In this document: piece by piece, positions 53,588 to 62,201 of the stretch
Layout: every line of letters starts with the position of its first letter
How positions within the stretch are numbered: position 1 is the stretch's first letter
Virus record (IMG/VR): IMGVR_UViG_3300033076_001181
Coordinates: 1-64,000 of that record
DNA: 64,000 nt
Strand: one strand, 5' to 3'
Source: a virus
Taxonomy: Duplodnaviria > Caudoviricetes
Position numbers and translations under genes: made by a program
Notes under the pieces: generated by a model
Seen by the model: only the letters and a program-made list of their open reading frames with translations
Databases searched by the model: none
What the model was told of the DNA's origin: nothing

Positions 53588-54631
53588 TTATTTAAAACTA
53601 CTTAATGTTCTGAATGTATCTCTAATCCAAAAATCTACATTTTTTAATGTGTGGCCTAAGCCATCTTCATGGTACATTTTTAAGAAATCAGAAGCGTTTA
53701 GTTTAGTTACAGTTTCTTCTGTTAACTGTTGTATCAACATCTTCTCATCCTCATCTACTAACGGGCTACCTAAATCCATTATCTTAAAGTTCCTCTGTAA
53801 CATCTCGTAATCAAATATTACTCTCGAGTAGATAATGTTTTCTTTATACTTCCCTTCACAAATATTGTGCAGATCTTCTAAAGACATCTCTTTGTCTTGA
53901 AGTTCTGGAAAAAGTTTAAATAATTTTTTAGGTCCTAAACCTTTTAACCCAGGCACTTTATCTGAATTATCTCCCATCAGTATCTTATACAAGATAAAAT
54001 TCTGTGGAGGTAAGCCAAATTTTTCTTTTACTAGTTTAGGTGTGTAATACTCTTTAGCAATTGGACTATAAACAGTAACATTGTCATTTACTAATTGTAG
54101 AAAATCTTTATCCGCAGAAACAATTGTAACATCCGAGTTATAGGAGGCCACTAAGTGTTGGGTTAAATGCGCTATAATATCATCTGCCTCGACTTTATCG
54201 AGTGATATGAGATGTACGGGTAAACACTTTAAATAATGTATTAAACGCGCTATTTGATTCACCTTCGAGTCTTGTTCTTCATCTAAATCATCAAAGGCAG
54301 AATGATTTGTCATTCTAGCTAAATTTCGTCCTGATTTATATTCGGGGAGTAAGTTCTTCCTGTTTTGGGAAGAACCTATTCCATCGAATACTACATAAAC
54401 TGAAGTGGGTTTAATATTGTTAATTAGGGCACCTAACGAGCGCAAGAATCCACCTAATCCACCAACATGAACTCCACCTTGGTTTACGAAATTTAAAACC
54501 GCGAAATTTCTTAAGAACATGTTTAATCCATCAATAATGAGAACATTACTATGTTTATTAAATGTTCCACCTTTAGGAGTATCATTTTGTTGGATATTAT
54601 CCAATAATTTTAAAATTTCGCTATGCTTCAT
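53588..54631 (-). CDS. 5'-3' exonuclease / RNase H (FEN-like)
   Basis: IIDGLN, VVFDG, YKSGR, VEADD, SADKDFLQL, GDNSDKVPGLKGLGPK. Confidence 0.93.
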   Translation of the reverse strand: MKHSEILKLLDNIQQNDTPKGGTFNKHSNVLIIDGLNMFLRNFAVLNFVNQGGVHVGGLGGFLRSLGALINNIKPTSVYVVFDGIGSSQNRKNLLPEYKSGRNLARMTNHSAFDDLDEEQDSKVNQIARLIHYLKCLPVHLISLDKVEADDIIAHLTQHLVASYNSDVTIVSADKDFLQLVNDNVTVYSPIAKEYYTPKLVKEKFGLPPQNFILYKILMGDNSDKVPGLKGLGPKKLFKLFPELQDKEMSLEDLHNICEGKYKENIIYSRVIFDYEMLQRNFKIMDLGSPLVDEDEKMLIQQLTEETVTKLNASDFLKMYHEDGLGHTLKNVDFWIRDTFRTLSSFK

Positions 54632-55707
54632 TCTTCATCAATTAATGTGATTGCTTCTTTACTTTCTTCCCACTCACTCATATCTTCAATTAAGCCAATG
54701 TCCTCAACACTACCTAAAATATGAACCCATTCGTTGGCATATTTTTTCTTGTAGTCGTTAATTTCTTTCTCATTAATAAATCCATGAATTGTAGCGATAA
54801 CTGTACTTTTTGTTTGTAATCCTGTAACGTGATTTTTATCTACTGATACTTTAGTACGGACTGCAAATTCAACTTCCTTAGCGTTTTTAGTTGCTTTCAT
54901 TTTACTTGTACCACTATTAGTAATATTACCAAATGTAATTACAATTGAAGCGTCTAAAAACATTGTTTCACCATTTTTCATTTTCATTTTAGGCTGAGAC
55001 ATAATTGTTTCAGCTGGTGCAACCCAAATCTTGTTAATTGCGACCATTGAATTTGTATATGGTGATGATTCTTTTCTTGATAATGGGAATCGTTGATTAA
55101 TAAAATTACCAAATTGTTGTGACATTGCTCCCGCATTCCACATTGGATTATTTTTATTTGCTTCAACACTCATTTTACAAGGTATAGAACCAATTGAATC
55201 CCAAAAGAAACATAAATCATATGGTAAATTACCTTTACGTTGCTCATCTAACAAATCAGCAATAAACTCAGCTACATCTTCAATTGTATTGAGTGAACCT
55301 CTGTCTGCGTATAGGAAGAAACCTTTATAATCTGTTACTTCTCCTGTTTCTTGATCTACAATGTCTTCTACTTGGAAACCCATTTGTTTAGCATGTTCCC
55401 AAGACCATTTCATCTCTGTAATAATGAACACAGGCAAAATGCCCATTTTCTGGGCATTAATTGCCAACTCAAGTAAAGCTGTTGTTTTACCGGTGTTACT
55501 GTGTCCTCTTAATAAGGTGATATGACCCATAGGTGCTCCTGGAATCGAAACCGAGTCCTGAAGTGCTTTCGAAAATGGGATCCACTTTTGTTCTTTAAAT
55601 TTAACATTGCCTGTTAGCAACTTTTTTTCCTTGAACTTCTCTAAATTGAAGTTCGATTTCATTTCAGCTGAAACAGCTGTTGTAAGTGAATCTTTTTTCT
55701 TGGCCAT
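54628..55707 (-). CDS. RecA/UvsX-like recombinase
   Basis: RGHSNTGKTT, IITEMK, FFWDSIG; replication context. Confidence 0.8.
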   Translation of the reverse strand: MAKKKDSLTTAVSAEMKSNFNLEKFKEKKLLTGNVKFKEQKWIPFSKALQDSVSIPGAPMGHITLLRGHSNTGKTTALLELAINAQKMGILPVFIITEMKWSWEHAKQMGFQVEDIVDQETGEVTDYKGFFLYADRGSLNTIEDVAEFIADLLDEQRKGNLPYDLCFFWDSIGSIPCKMSVEANKNNPMWNAGAMSQQFGNFINQRFPLSRKESSPYTNSMVAINKIWVAPAETIMSQPKMKMKNGETMFLDASIVITFGNITNSGTSKMKATKNAKEVEFAVRTKVSVDKNHVTGLQTKSTVIATIHGFINEKEINDYKKKYANEWVHILGSVEDIGLIEDMSEWEESKEAITLIDEE

Positions 55708-55720
55708 AACTTATTATTTA

Positions 55721-56581
55721 TTAGTTTTCATCTTCATCCTCAGCAAACAAAGCATCAAATTTATCTGCTTTAGTTGTTTTTGCTTTAGGTTGTAATGAAT
55801 AGTTTTTCTTAGGTGCTGGTGCTTCTTCTTCCTCATCTTGTTCCCAAGGTAAATCACCTTTTGATACTGGTGTTTCTTCTACATCTGTATCTTCTGATTC
55901 ATCTTCTTCAATATCTGGATTTAAGAATTTAGCTAGAATATTTTTAACTTCATCAAATGTTAATTGTTTTTGAAGTGCCAATACATCAGGTTGTTCAGTC
56001 AACCATGTTTTAATAGTTGCCTTATCAGCACCTAGTGGTGATGTTTTAGGTTTAATACGAATTGATGATTTCAATCCTTGACGACCACCAATATCACCCA
56101 TTACAGCTTCAACTGTAAAATCACGACCTTCATTGATGTCTGTGAAGTCTCCATAATCTTCATCCTCAGCAATACCTAATAGCTGTAGATAAATTTCTTT
56201 ACCAAATTCCCACAAACGAACACCTTTTTCTTCTTCACCACGAACAACTACAGGAACAAATACTCGCATTTTAGGATCTAACTTTTTAGCTAGTTTCCAA
56301 TTTTCTTTGTCATTACTGTTACGAAGTTGTTTAGCGAACTCAACGATTGGATCTTTTTCACCCCAATTGGTTAAAGCATATACTGGGAATCTTGATAATC
56401 CATAGTGTACATACACTTCTTGAAATGGATTGTCTTTGTTGATTGCTGAAGGTACAATTCGGATTTGATACTTACCTTCTGACTTTGGCTTCCAATAATA
56501 CTTGGAATAGTCAATTTTTTCCTTTTTCTGTCCGGACGACTGTAGAGAATTCAATCTCTGTTTAATTGCATTAATGTCCAT
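55721..56581 (-). CDS. single-stranded DNA-binding protein (T4 gp32-like)
   Basis: YWKP, IRIVP, DPIVEFA, VRLWEFG, acidic C-terminal tail ending FDALFAEDEDEN. Confidence 0.85.
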   Translation of the reverse strand: MDINAIKQRLNSLQSSGQKKEKIDYSKYYWKPKSEGKYQIRIVPSAINKDNPFQEVYVHYGLSRFPVYALTNWGEKDPIVEFAKQLRNSNDKENWKLAKKLDPKMRVFVPVVVRGEEEKGVRLWEFGKEIYLQLLGIAEDEDYGDFTDINEGRDFTVEAVMGDIGGRQGLKSSIRIKPKTSPLGADKATIKTWLTEQPDVLALQKQLTFDEVKNILAKFLNPDIEEDESEDTDVEETPVSKGDLPWEQDEEEEAPAPKKNYSLQPKAKTTKADKFDALFAEDEDEN

Positions 56582-56609
56582 AATTTAACTTGGTTTTATT
56601 TATTTGTTA

Positions 56610-56641
56610 TTAATATACTACATTTTTCTTACAGGGCCAAA
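56610..56641 (-). promoter_or_regulatory. early promoter
   Basis: TTTG-N20-TATATTAA upstream of ssb. Confidence 0.75.
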
Positions 56642-56711
56642 TTATACTGCCTCTTTTTATTAGTAGTGTTTTTCCTTAACTTGTTCTAACCTAATGACAC
56701 CGTTGTGTCTA

Positions 56712-57155
56712 TTATAGCTCTATAATCTTAAACACCTTGGTGTTTAATTGTTTTAACTCATTATGTTGAGTTAATAAAATACTGTTTCTATAGTGTTGCC
56801 AATCTACTCTATAATTTATATCAACTACTCCTCTGTTTAATGATTTGATTAATTCATTTAGAGCGTTTATAGTATAAAGTGTATTGGTTTCTTTTTTACG
56901 ATGAACTAAAATTGTGTTCTCAGGTATTTCATTAATATTACCTTGATCGACATTGTAAGTGACAACATATTCGTTTGTGCTTTTTACAAATAACACAAAC
57001 ATTTTATTATACATGATAGTGTAAGACCTAGAAATATCTTCTACGAGAATGTCTAATCCATCAACACTTGTAAATGTGCAAAATAACTTGTTGTTCAAAT
57101 CTTTAATATTGTCAATATTCAGATCATACATATCATAATTTGGTTTAAAAGTCAT
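56712..57155 (-). CDS. conserved hypothetical protein
   Basis: LFCTF...YNVD...ENTILVHRKKETNTLYTINALN motif. Confidence 0.65.
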   Translation of the reverse strand: MTFKPNYDMYDLNIDNIKDLNNKLFCTFTSVDGLDILVEDISRSYTIMYNKMFVLFVKSTNEYVVTYNVDQGNINEIPENTILVHRKKETNTLYTINALNELIKSLNRGVVDINYRVDWQHYRNSILLTQHNELKQLNTKVFKIIEL

Positions 57156-58422
57156 AATTCCTCCCTCTGTTAATCTTTATCGCTAATTTAAATTCTTTAA
57201 ATATATTTTTTATTTGTTCTAATTCTTGTTCCTCATCCTCATCCCAGTCTAACAAGAAGGAATCATATGTGTATAATACTATTTTAGTATTTTTATTTGC
57301 TAATATTTTATGTATTTTAAGTAATATCTGAATGTTAGTAGATGTTTCTAGGTTTTGTAAGATATAATTGAAAAGTTTCTGTGGATTCATATTCTCCAAC
57401 TTATCCTTCTCAAATCTATAACCTGATATAGGAGCGTCAAGGTATCCTTGTTCTTGAAATAACTTCCAGTTATTAGCAGTATATTCAGCTACTTTTTGGA
57501 AAAATTCTAGATGTTGATATTCTTTAAAAACACCCCCATTAAATTGTTTGAATGTTAACTCTTTTGCTGTCTTATAATCTACATTATATAAAGCAGCAAA
57601 CTCAGAATGAATATCAGAGTTACTAAATTCATAACCCACCAATTGTCCAGCAAGGGTTGGATGATATGCTGAGATATCAATTTCAATAAATTCATTGTTT
57701 GATGATATAAAGCTTGATCGAGAATGATTATCCTTCTTCAAAGCAGCGAAGTTAATGCTATTAAATGCATTAGACGGTCTTCTCGTTGTAGTGTTAAGGT
57801 TATATTGAGTAAAAATTCGATCATTATAAATCGAATAACTTTCATTGTTTGGTTCATAATACTTATAAAACTTATCTTTATTTATTTTAATACCATTTTT
57901 TTCTATACCAAAAAATGCTAAAGCTCCTTTATTATAGAATTTAACATAATCAGGTTTAGGTTCTAAAATTACTTGTTGTAATTTATTATAAATATTCTCA
58001 CATACCTCATAATGCTTAGAAACAGGTATTATCTTGTTAATATCCTGCTTATTAGTATGTAATCGATAGAATATATCAAATACAGGTTCAAGTGTTGTAT
58101 CTACGTTTTTAAGCGATGATATATCAACTACTTTATTTAATTGAAAATAATATAAGAATGATTTTTTATCTCTAACATATACTATGTCTGTATGTTGGAG
58201 TATTTTTTCTATATATGTTTTTCCGATAGACATAGTTTCACTATGATCTATACATAACATATATCCTTTAGAGTCATAAGTTGGTCTTATATAGACTAAA
58301 CATATATCATTTAAAGCAGGATGAATATGGTTATGATAAGGAATAACTTCAACAAAGACTTCTTTAAAATCTTCATTGACAAATTCTCTTAATTGTTCTT
58401 TAGTCTCTATTAGCCAAAACAT
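57145..58422 (-). CDS. small family A DNA polymerase-like protein
   Basis: TTRRPS, motif A IDISAYHP, motif B AKELTFKQFNGG, NYILQNLET, motif C YTYDSFLLD. Confidence 0.75.
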   Translation of the reverse strand: MFWLIETKEQLREFVNEDFKEVFVEVIPYHNHIHPALNDICLVYIRPTYDSKGYMLCIDHSETMSIGKTYIEKILQHTDIVYVRDKKSFLYYFQLNKVVDISSLKNVDTTLEPVFDIFYRLHTNKQDINKIIPVSKHYEVCENIYNKLQQVILEPKPDYVKFYNKGALAFFGIEKNGIKINKDKFYKYYEPNNESYSIYNDRIFTQYNLNTTTRRPSNAFNSINFAALKKDNHSRSSFISSNNEFIEIDISAYHPTLAGQLVGYEFSNSDIHSEFAALYNVDYKTAKELTFKQFNGGVFKEYQHLEFFQKVAEYTANNWKLFQEQGYLDAPISGYRFEKDKLENMNPQKLFNYILQNLETSTNIQILLKIHKILANKNTKIVLYTYDSFLLDWDEDEEQELEQIKNIFKEFKLAIKINRGRNYDF

Positions 58423-58437
58423 AACCTTTATTTTCTA

Positions 58438-58468
58438 GTAATATAACTAAGCTTTTTAGTAAGCCAAG
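58438..58468 (-). promoter_or_regulatory. early promoter (variant)
   Basis: CTTGGC...TATATTAC at the boundary between tail genes and replication genes. Confidence 0.6.
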
Positions 58469-58762
58469 TTATACTTTTGAAAATGTAGAGGCGCTATTTA
58501 TTGGATTAGCATTTTGAAGCATTTCAATAGAATAAGTATCTAAAGCATCTATTAATTGAGAATAAGGATCTGTTATAGAGACATCATATGTTAAAGTATT
58601 TTTGTCTATGTTTCTATAACATATGTTTCCACTGTCTCCAATATTGATAATTAGTTCTAATCCATCAGCATATACTAATTGGGGGACCATTGCTAATAAT
58701 GGTGAATCGTAAATTAAATTTGTTTGTGGGTTTTGAAAATACCCTGTTACTTGTACTGCCAT
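58469..58762 (-). CDS. small tail-associated protein
   Basis: 97 aa directly downstream of tail-fibre genes. Confidence 0.55.
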   Translation of the reverse strand: MAVQVTGYFQNPQTNLIYDSPLLAMVPQLVYADGLELIINIGDSGNICYRNIDKNTLTYDVSITDPYSQLIDALDTYSIEMLQNANPINSASTFSKV

Positions 58763-58772
58763 AATTTTATTC

Positions 58773-60434
58773 TTAATAATCTACTTCTATATATATTTTA
58801 ACTACTCCTAATTGTATTGCAGTTGCTGTTGTTAATGCTGCATTACTTGCTAATACGTTAGCTGTTAAACCCGTTCCAGCTGCGGGTACGTTAGTGGTAG
58901 TTGTTCCACTAAATTCGGTTCCAGTGTTTATATCTATAATTCTATATCCTATTGTCCCACTGTTAGGAGCATTAAATATAAAGATATCATATCCTTTGTT
59001 TGATGAGATAGTTAATCCAGTTGATACTTTTGTAGCAGATGTACCTCTTGTTAAGAATGATATAGCACCATTATCAGCTGCATCTACACAGAATCCAACT
59101 GTATTATTTAATGCTGATGGATCTGCTGATATGACTGTTGTTGCAGTTGCCATACCTGCAAAGAATCTTCCTCCGTTAGTCCAAACATCAAACCCACATC
59201 TAGTATAGAAGAAAAATCCACCTTGTCCTGTTGCTGCTCCTCTGAAGAAAATAGCATCCGCATTTCTTTGTCCTAAAACTTGGTTTGTTGTTGTTACAAC
59301 ATTTGCATATCTTGCTCTTCTTATTGATTGATATATAGTACCTGTACCGTTAATGGTAGGGGAAGTTACACTTGAGAATGTACCAGCACCTGTTCCAGAT
59401 GTGCCTTGCCAAACACCATTTGTAGCTGTTGTTTGAGTCCAAAGATATATATCATTTTGCCATAGTGAAGATTGAAGCGCATAATCTAATCCACTAGGAC
59501 CTTTTACTTTAGGAACAATTCTACTAGCTATATCTTTTGAATATAAAGCCATAACACCTGCCGCGGGGGTTGAGGGGTCAGTTTGTGCTATTAAATTTAA
59601 ATTTCCATTAGCTGATATTTCAACATTGGCTGCTCCTGCAAATCCTCCTGCTCCATCATTATATTGAACTTCATTAGCATTACCACCTGGGGTTCCTCCT
59701 CCACCTCCTCCAGTAGTAGTAATCACATTACCACTACTATCTACAGCTAATGTAGCTGCTGCTGTTCCTGGGAAAGCTCCAGAACCTGTATAGTTAGGTA
59801 TTTGGATTTGACCAGTTTGTAAGTCAATTTGCATTTTAAATGCATCACTACCAGCATTTGTACCTCTTAGTATTCTGAACTTGTTTTGGTAATTATCTAT
59901 CATTGATGCTGAGGAGTATAGCCCTCCAGAAGCCATTAATAGAATTTGTCCTCCTTCTCCTACTCCTCCGTTTGGTGGTAAACCTACTGTTAAAGTATTT
60001 TCACCTCCACCTAAACTTGAACTACCTACTGTTAAACTGTTTACTATTAAAACATCTTGGTTTAATGTATTAACATATGATGCTGTTGCTACAGACATTG
60101 AACTAGTTTGAGTGTTTGTTATAAAACTGCCTGTTTGGCTATTTAAAACAAAACTACTTGTAGCACTATTTAAGACATAGTTGGGTGCTAACGAAGCAGT
60201 AGCAGCGTACGATGCGCTTACTACAGAACCTAATAAGGTTTGTGCTGTACTAGCATACGATGCTGTAGTAGCATATGATGCACTCACAACAGAACCTAAT
60301 AAGGTTTGTGCTACAGAAGCATATGAAGCTGATACAGCGTTTGTAACAGAACCTGACACTGTAGCTGCGAATAGAGCATATGATGCTGTTTCAGCGTTTA
60401 TATTTAATCCGTTTATTTGAGATATATTAGCCAT
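58773..60434 (-). CDS. tail fibre / virion structural protein
   Basis: Ser/Ala/Thr/Gly-rich; SASYA repeats; QYNDGAGGFAG motif; beta-rich C-terminal domain. Confidence 0.7.
   Translation of the reverse strand: MANISQINGLNINAETASYALFAATVSGSVTNAVSASYASVAQTLLGSVVSASYATTASYASTAQTLLGSVVSASYAATASLAPNYVLNSATSSFVLNSQTGSFITNTQTSSMSVATASYVNTLNQDVLIVNSLTVGSSSLGGGENTLTVGLPPNGGVGEGGQILLMASGGLYSSASMIDNYQNKFRILRGTNAGSDAFKMQIDLQTGQIQIPNYTGSGAFPGTAAATLAVDSSGNVITTTGGGGGGTPGGNANEVQYNDGAGGFAGAANVEISANGNLNLIAQTDPSTPAAGVMALYSKDIASRIVPKVKGPSGLDYALQSSLWQNDIYLWTQTTATNGVWQGTSGTGAGTFSSVTSPTINGTGTIYQSIRRARYANVVTTTNQVLGQRNADAIFFRGAATGQGGFFFYTRCGFDVWTNGGRFFAGMATATTVISADPSALNNTVGFCVDAADNGAISFLTRGTSATKVSTGLTISSNKGYDIFIFNAPNSGTIGYRIIDINTGTEFSGTTTTNVPAAGTGLTANVLASNAALTTATAIQLGVVKIYIEVDY
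60223..60312. repeat. 24-bp exact direct repeat, 66 bp apart
   Basis: acagaacctaataaggtttgtgct at 60223 and 60289, encoding AQTLLGSV in a 22-aa SASYA repeat. Confidence 0.8.
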
Positions 60435-60443
60435 AAATTATTT

Positions 60444-62186
60444 TTATATTCTATACCAATCATTAGATGGTCTAAATTTTAATATCCATTGTCCTGCTGT
60501 AACTGAATTTTCATAGTAGCAGTGTCCTACTACTCTTACAAATCCAGATGTTGGAATAGATGTTGACATGTTTCCACTAGTGGCTCCTTCTTTTATATAT
60601 ACTGGTAGTCCATGGTTTGCTGATTGAATAGTATCTAGTGTAACGTCTCCTTCTAGTAATATCATTTCATTATCTAGATATATACCTAGCATTTTTGTAG
60701 GTGATTGTGTTCCTTGATCTACAGCATACCATACTCCATCTGTATCTAACCATATTAAATTTCCAGGAACACATGATCCATGAATTTTACCACTATATCT
60801 AAAGGCTTGGCCTGAGTAGTCTAAAACATGCTCAGAAAGTAATTCTCCTTCAGCATCTATTCTACTTTCTTGTTTATGGTAAATATTTGAAGTACTTAAA
60901 TAATCATTACTCCATTGTAAAGCTGTGTTTCCTCCAGGTGTTGTTAGTGCGGGTGTAGCAAAATTTACAACAACTTGATTAGAACTATTAAATAGTTGAC
61001 GTGTTGATGTGTCTATAGATTTTATATTACTACTATCAGTTGTAATAAAACTTCCAGTAACTATTAATCCATTTGTAAATCTACCACTTCCACTTACATC
61101 AAATTGATATTGAGGAGTTAATGTATTGATACCTACTTCACCACTAGCTGATATATAAACCCTAGTATAATCATCTGTTGTTCCGCCAGTGTATAGATAT
61201 AAACTAGCATCAATTCCAGGAGCATGCCCTATATTACCAATATGCATATGCTCACCAGCACCAATAATATAAGTATCATTAGGTCCACCAACATAATCTT
61301 GATTATAGGTACTACTATTAATACCCATATCAATAAAGTAAGCAAATGTTTCTCCTAAATCATTTTGAGCTACAATATCAGAAGAAGCAGACACTCCACT
61401 ATTAACATTTTTAAATACACTTTGAACGAAGCCATTTAAATCAGCTTCAGTTTCAATCATATTAAAAGTATTATTATTAGGAGGTAAAATTCTTAACGCG
61501 GCTGGGTTATTAATGTCTCCAATTGTTTCTGTGTTAATACCAATCACACCAGTATTGATATCATGGATATACATCCTAGCGTTAGCTGCCGCATCCGTTC
61601 CTCCATTAAATATGATTACTTCTTTTCCAGTAGAAGCATTTCCTATAAGTAAATTTTCACCTGTAGAATAAACATAAGCATCTCTAGCATTCCCTACTAA
61701 TCCTGTATTAGTATATCCTGATCCGTTAATACCCATGTCGATAAAATCAACACTTTCATTTCCTGTATCAGCTGTTGCTACTACGTCTGAGGACGCTTGA
61801 GATCCAGTGTTGAAGTTTATAATATTTAATTGAGAGTAACTATTAATATTACTATGTCCTGATATTAAATTATATGAGGTTGTAGTCCCTTGATATACAG
61901 CAAATGCTTCTTCATTTCCAGTATGGACAGAAGCTGTAGCTCCTAATATAATTTGGTTTGGAGCAACTTGATATAATGAACTTGTTGTTTGGGATGAAGA
62001 ACCAGACCATAAAGGAATGTATTTATTTGTCCCTCCAGCTAATCTAGGAAATTCTTTTACAGCATTTCCCGAACCACTTCCGTAAAACAATTTTCCATCA
62101 ACTACATTGATAGCTAATTCACCTTGCACTAATGATGAAGGTGTTACTCCTGAGCCTGTACTATTTTTTGTTATTATTGTAGCCAT
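60444..62186 (-). CDS. tail fibre / virion structural protein
   Basis: N-terminal PSSLVQGELAIN..DGKLFYG; GEVGINT.TP repeats; duplicated SSDxVA...FIDMGIN module; ATATTTAT at 62195-62202. Confidence 0.75.
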   Translation of the reverse strand: MATIITKNSTGSGVTPSSLVQGELAINVVDGKLFYGSGSGNAVKEFPRLAGGTNKYIPLWSGSSSQTTSSLYQVAPNQIILGATASVHTGNEEAFAVYQGTTTSYNLISGHSNINSYSQLNIINFNTGSQASSDVVATADTGNESVDFIDMGINGSGYTNTGLVGNARDAYVYSTGENLLIGNASTGKEVIIFNGGTDAAANARMYIHDINTGVIGINTETIGDINNPAALRILPPNNNTFNMIETEADLNGFVQSVFKNVNSGVSASSDIVAQNDLGETFAYFIDMGINSSTYNQDYVGGPNDTYIIGAGEHMHIGNIGHAPGIDASLYLYTGGTTDDYTRVYISASGEVGINTLTPQYQFDVSGSGRFTNGLIVTGSFITTDSSNIKSIDTSTRQLFNSSNQVVVNFATPALTTPGGNTALQWSNDYLSTSNIYHKQESRIDAEGELLSEHVLDYSGQAFRYSGKIHGSCVPGNLIWLDTDGVWYAVDQGTQSPTKMLGIYLDNEMILLEGDVTLDTIQSANHGLPVYIKEGATSGNMSTSIPTSGFVRVVGHCYYENSVTAGQWILKFRPSNDWYRI

Positions 62187-62201
62187 TATCTTATATAAAT
62201 A

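Noticed and set aside
56642-56711. GACAC-AACG-GTGTC hairpin in the 70-bp gap upstream of the ssb promoter as an ncRNA
   Set aside because: Single 5-bp stem with no T tract or further structure; insufficient for a call
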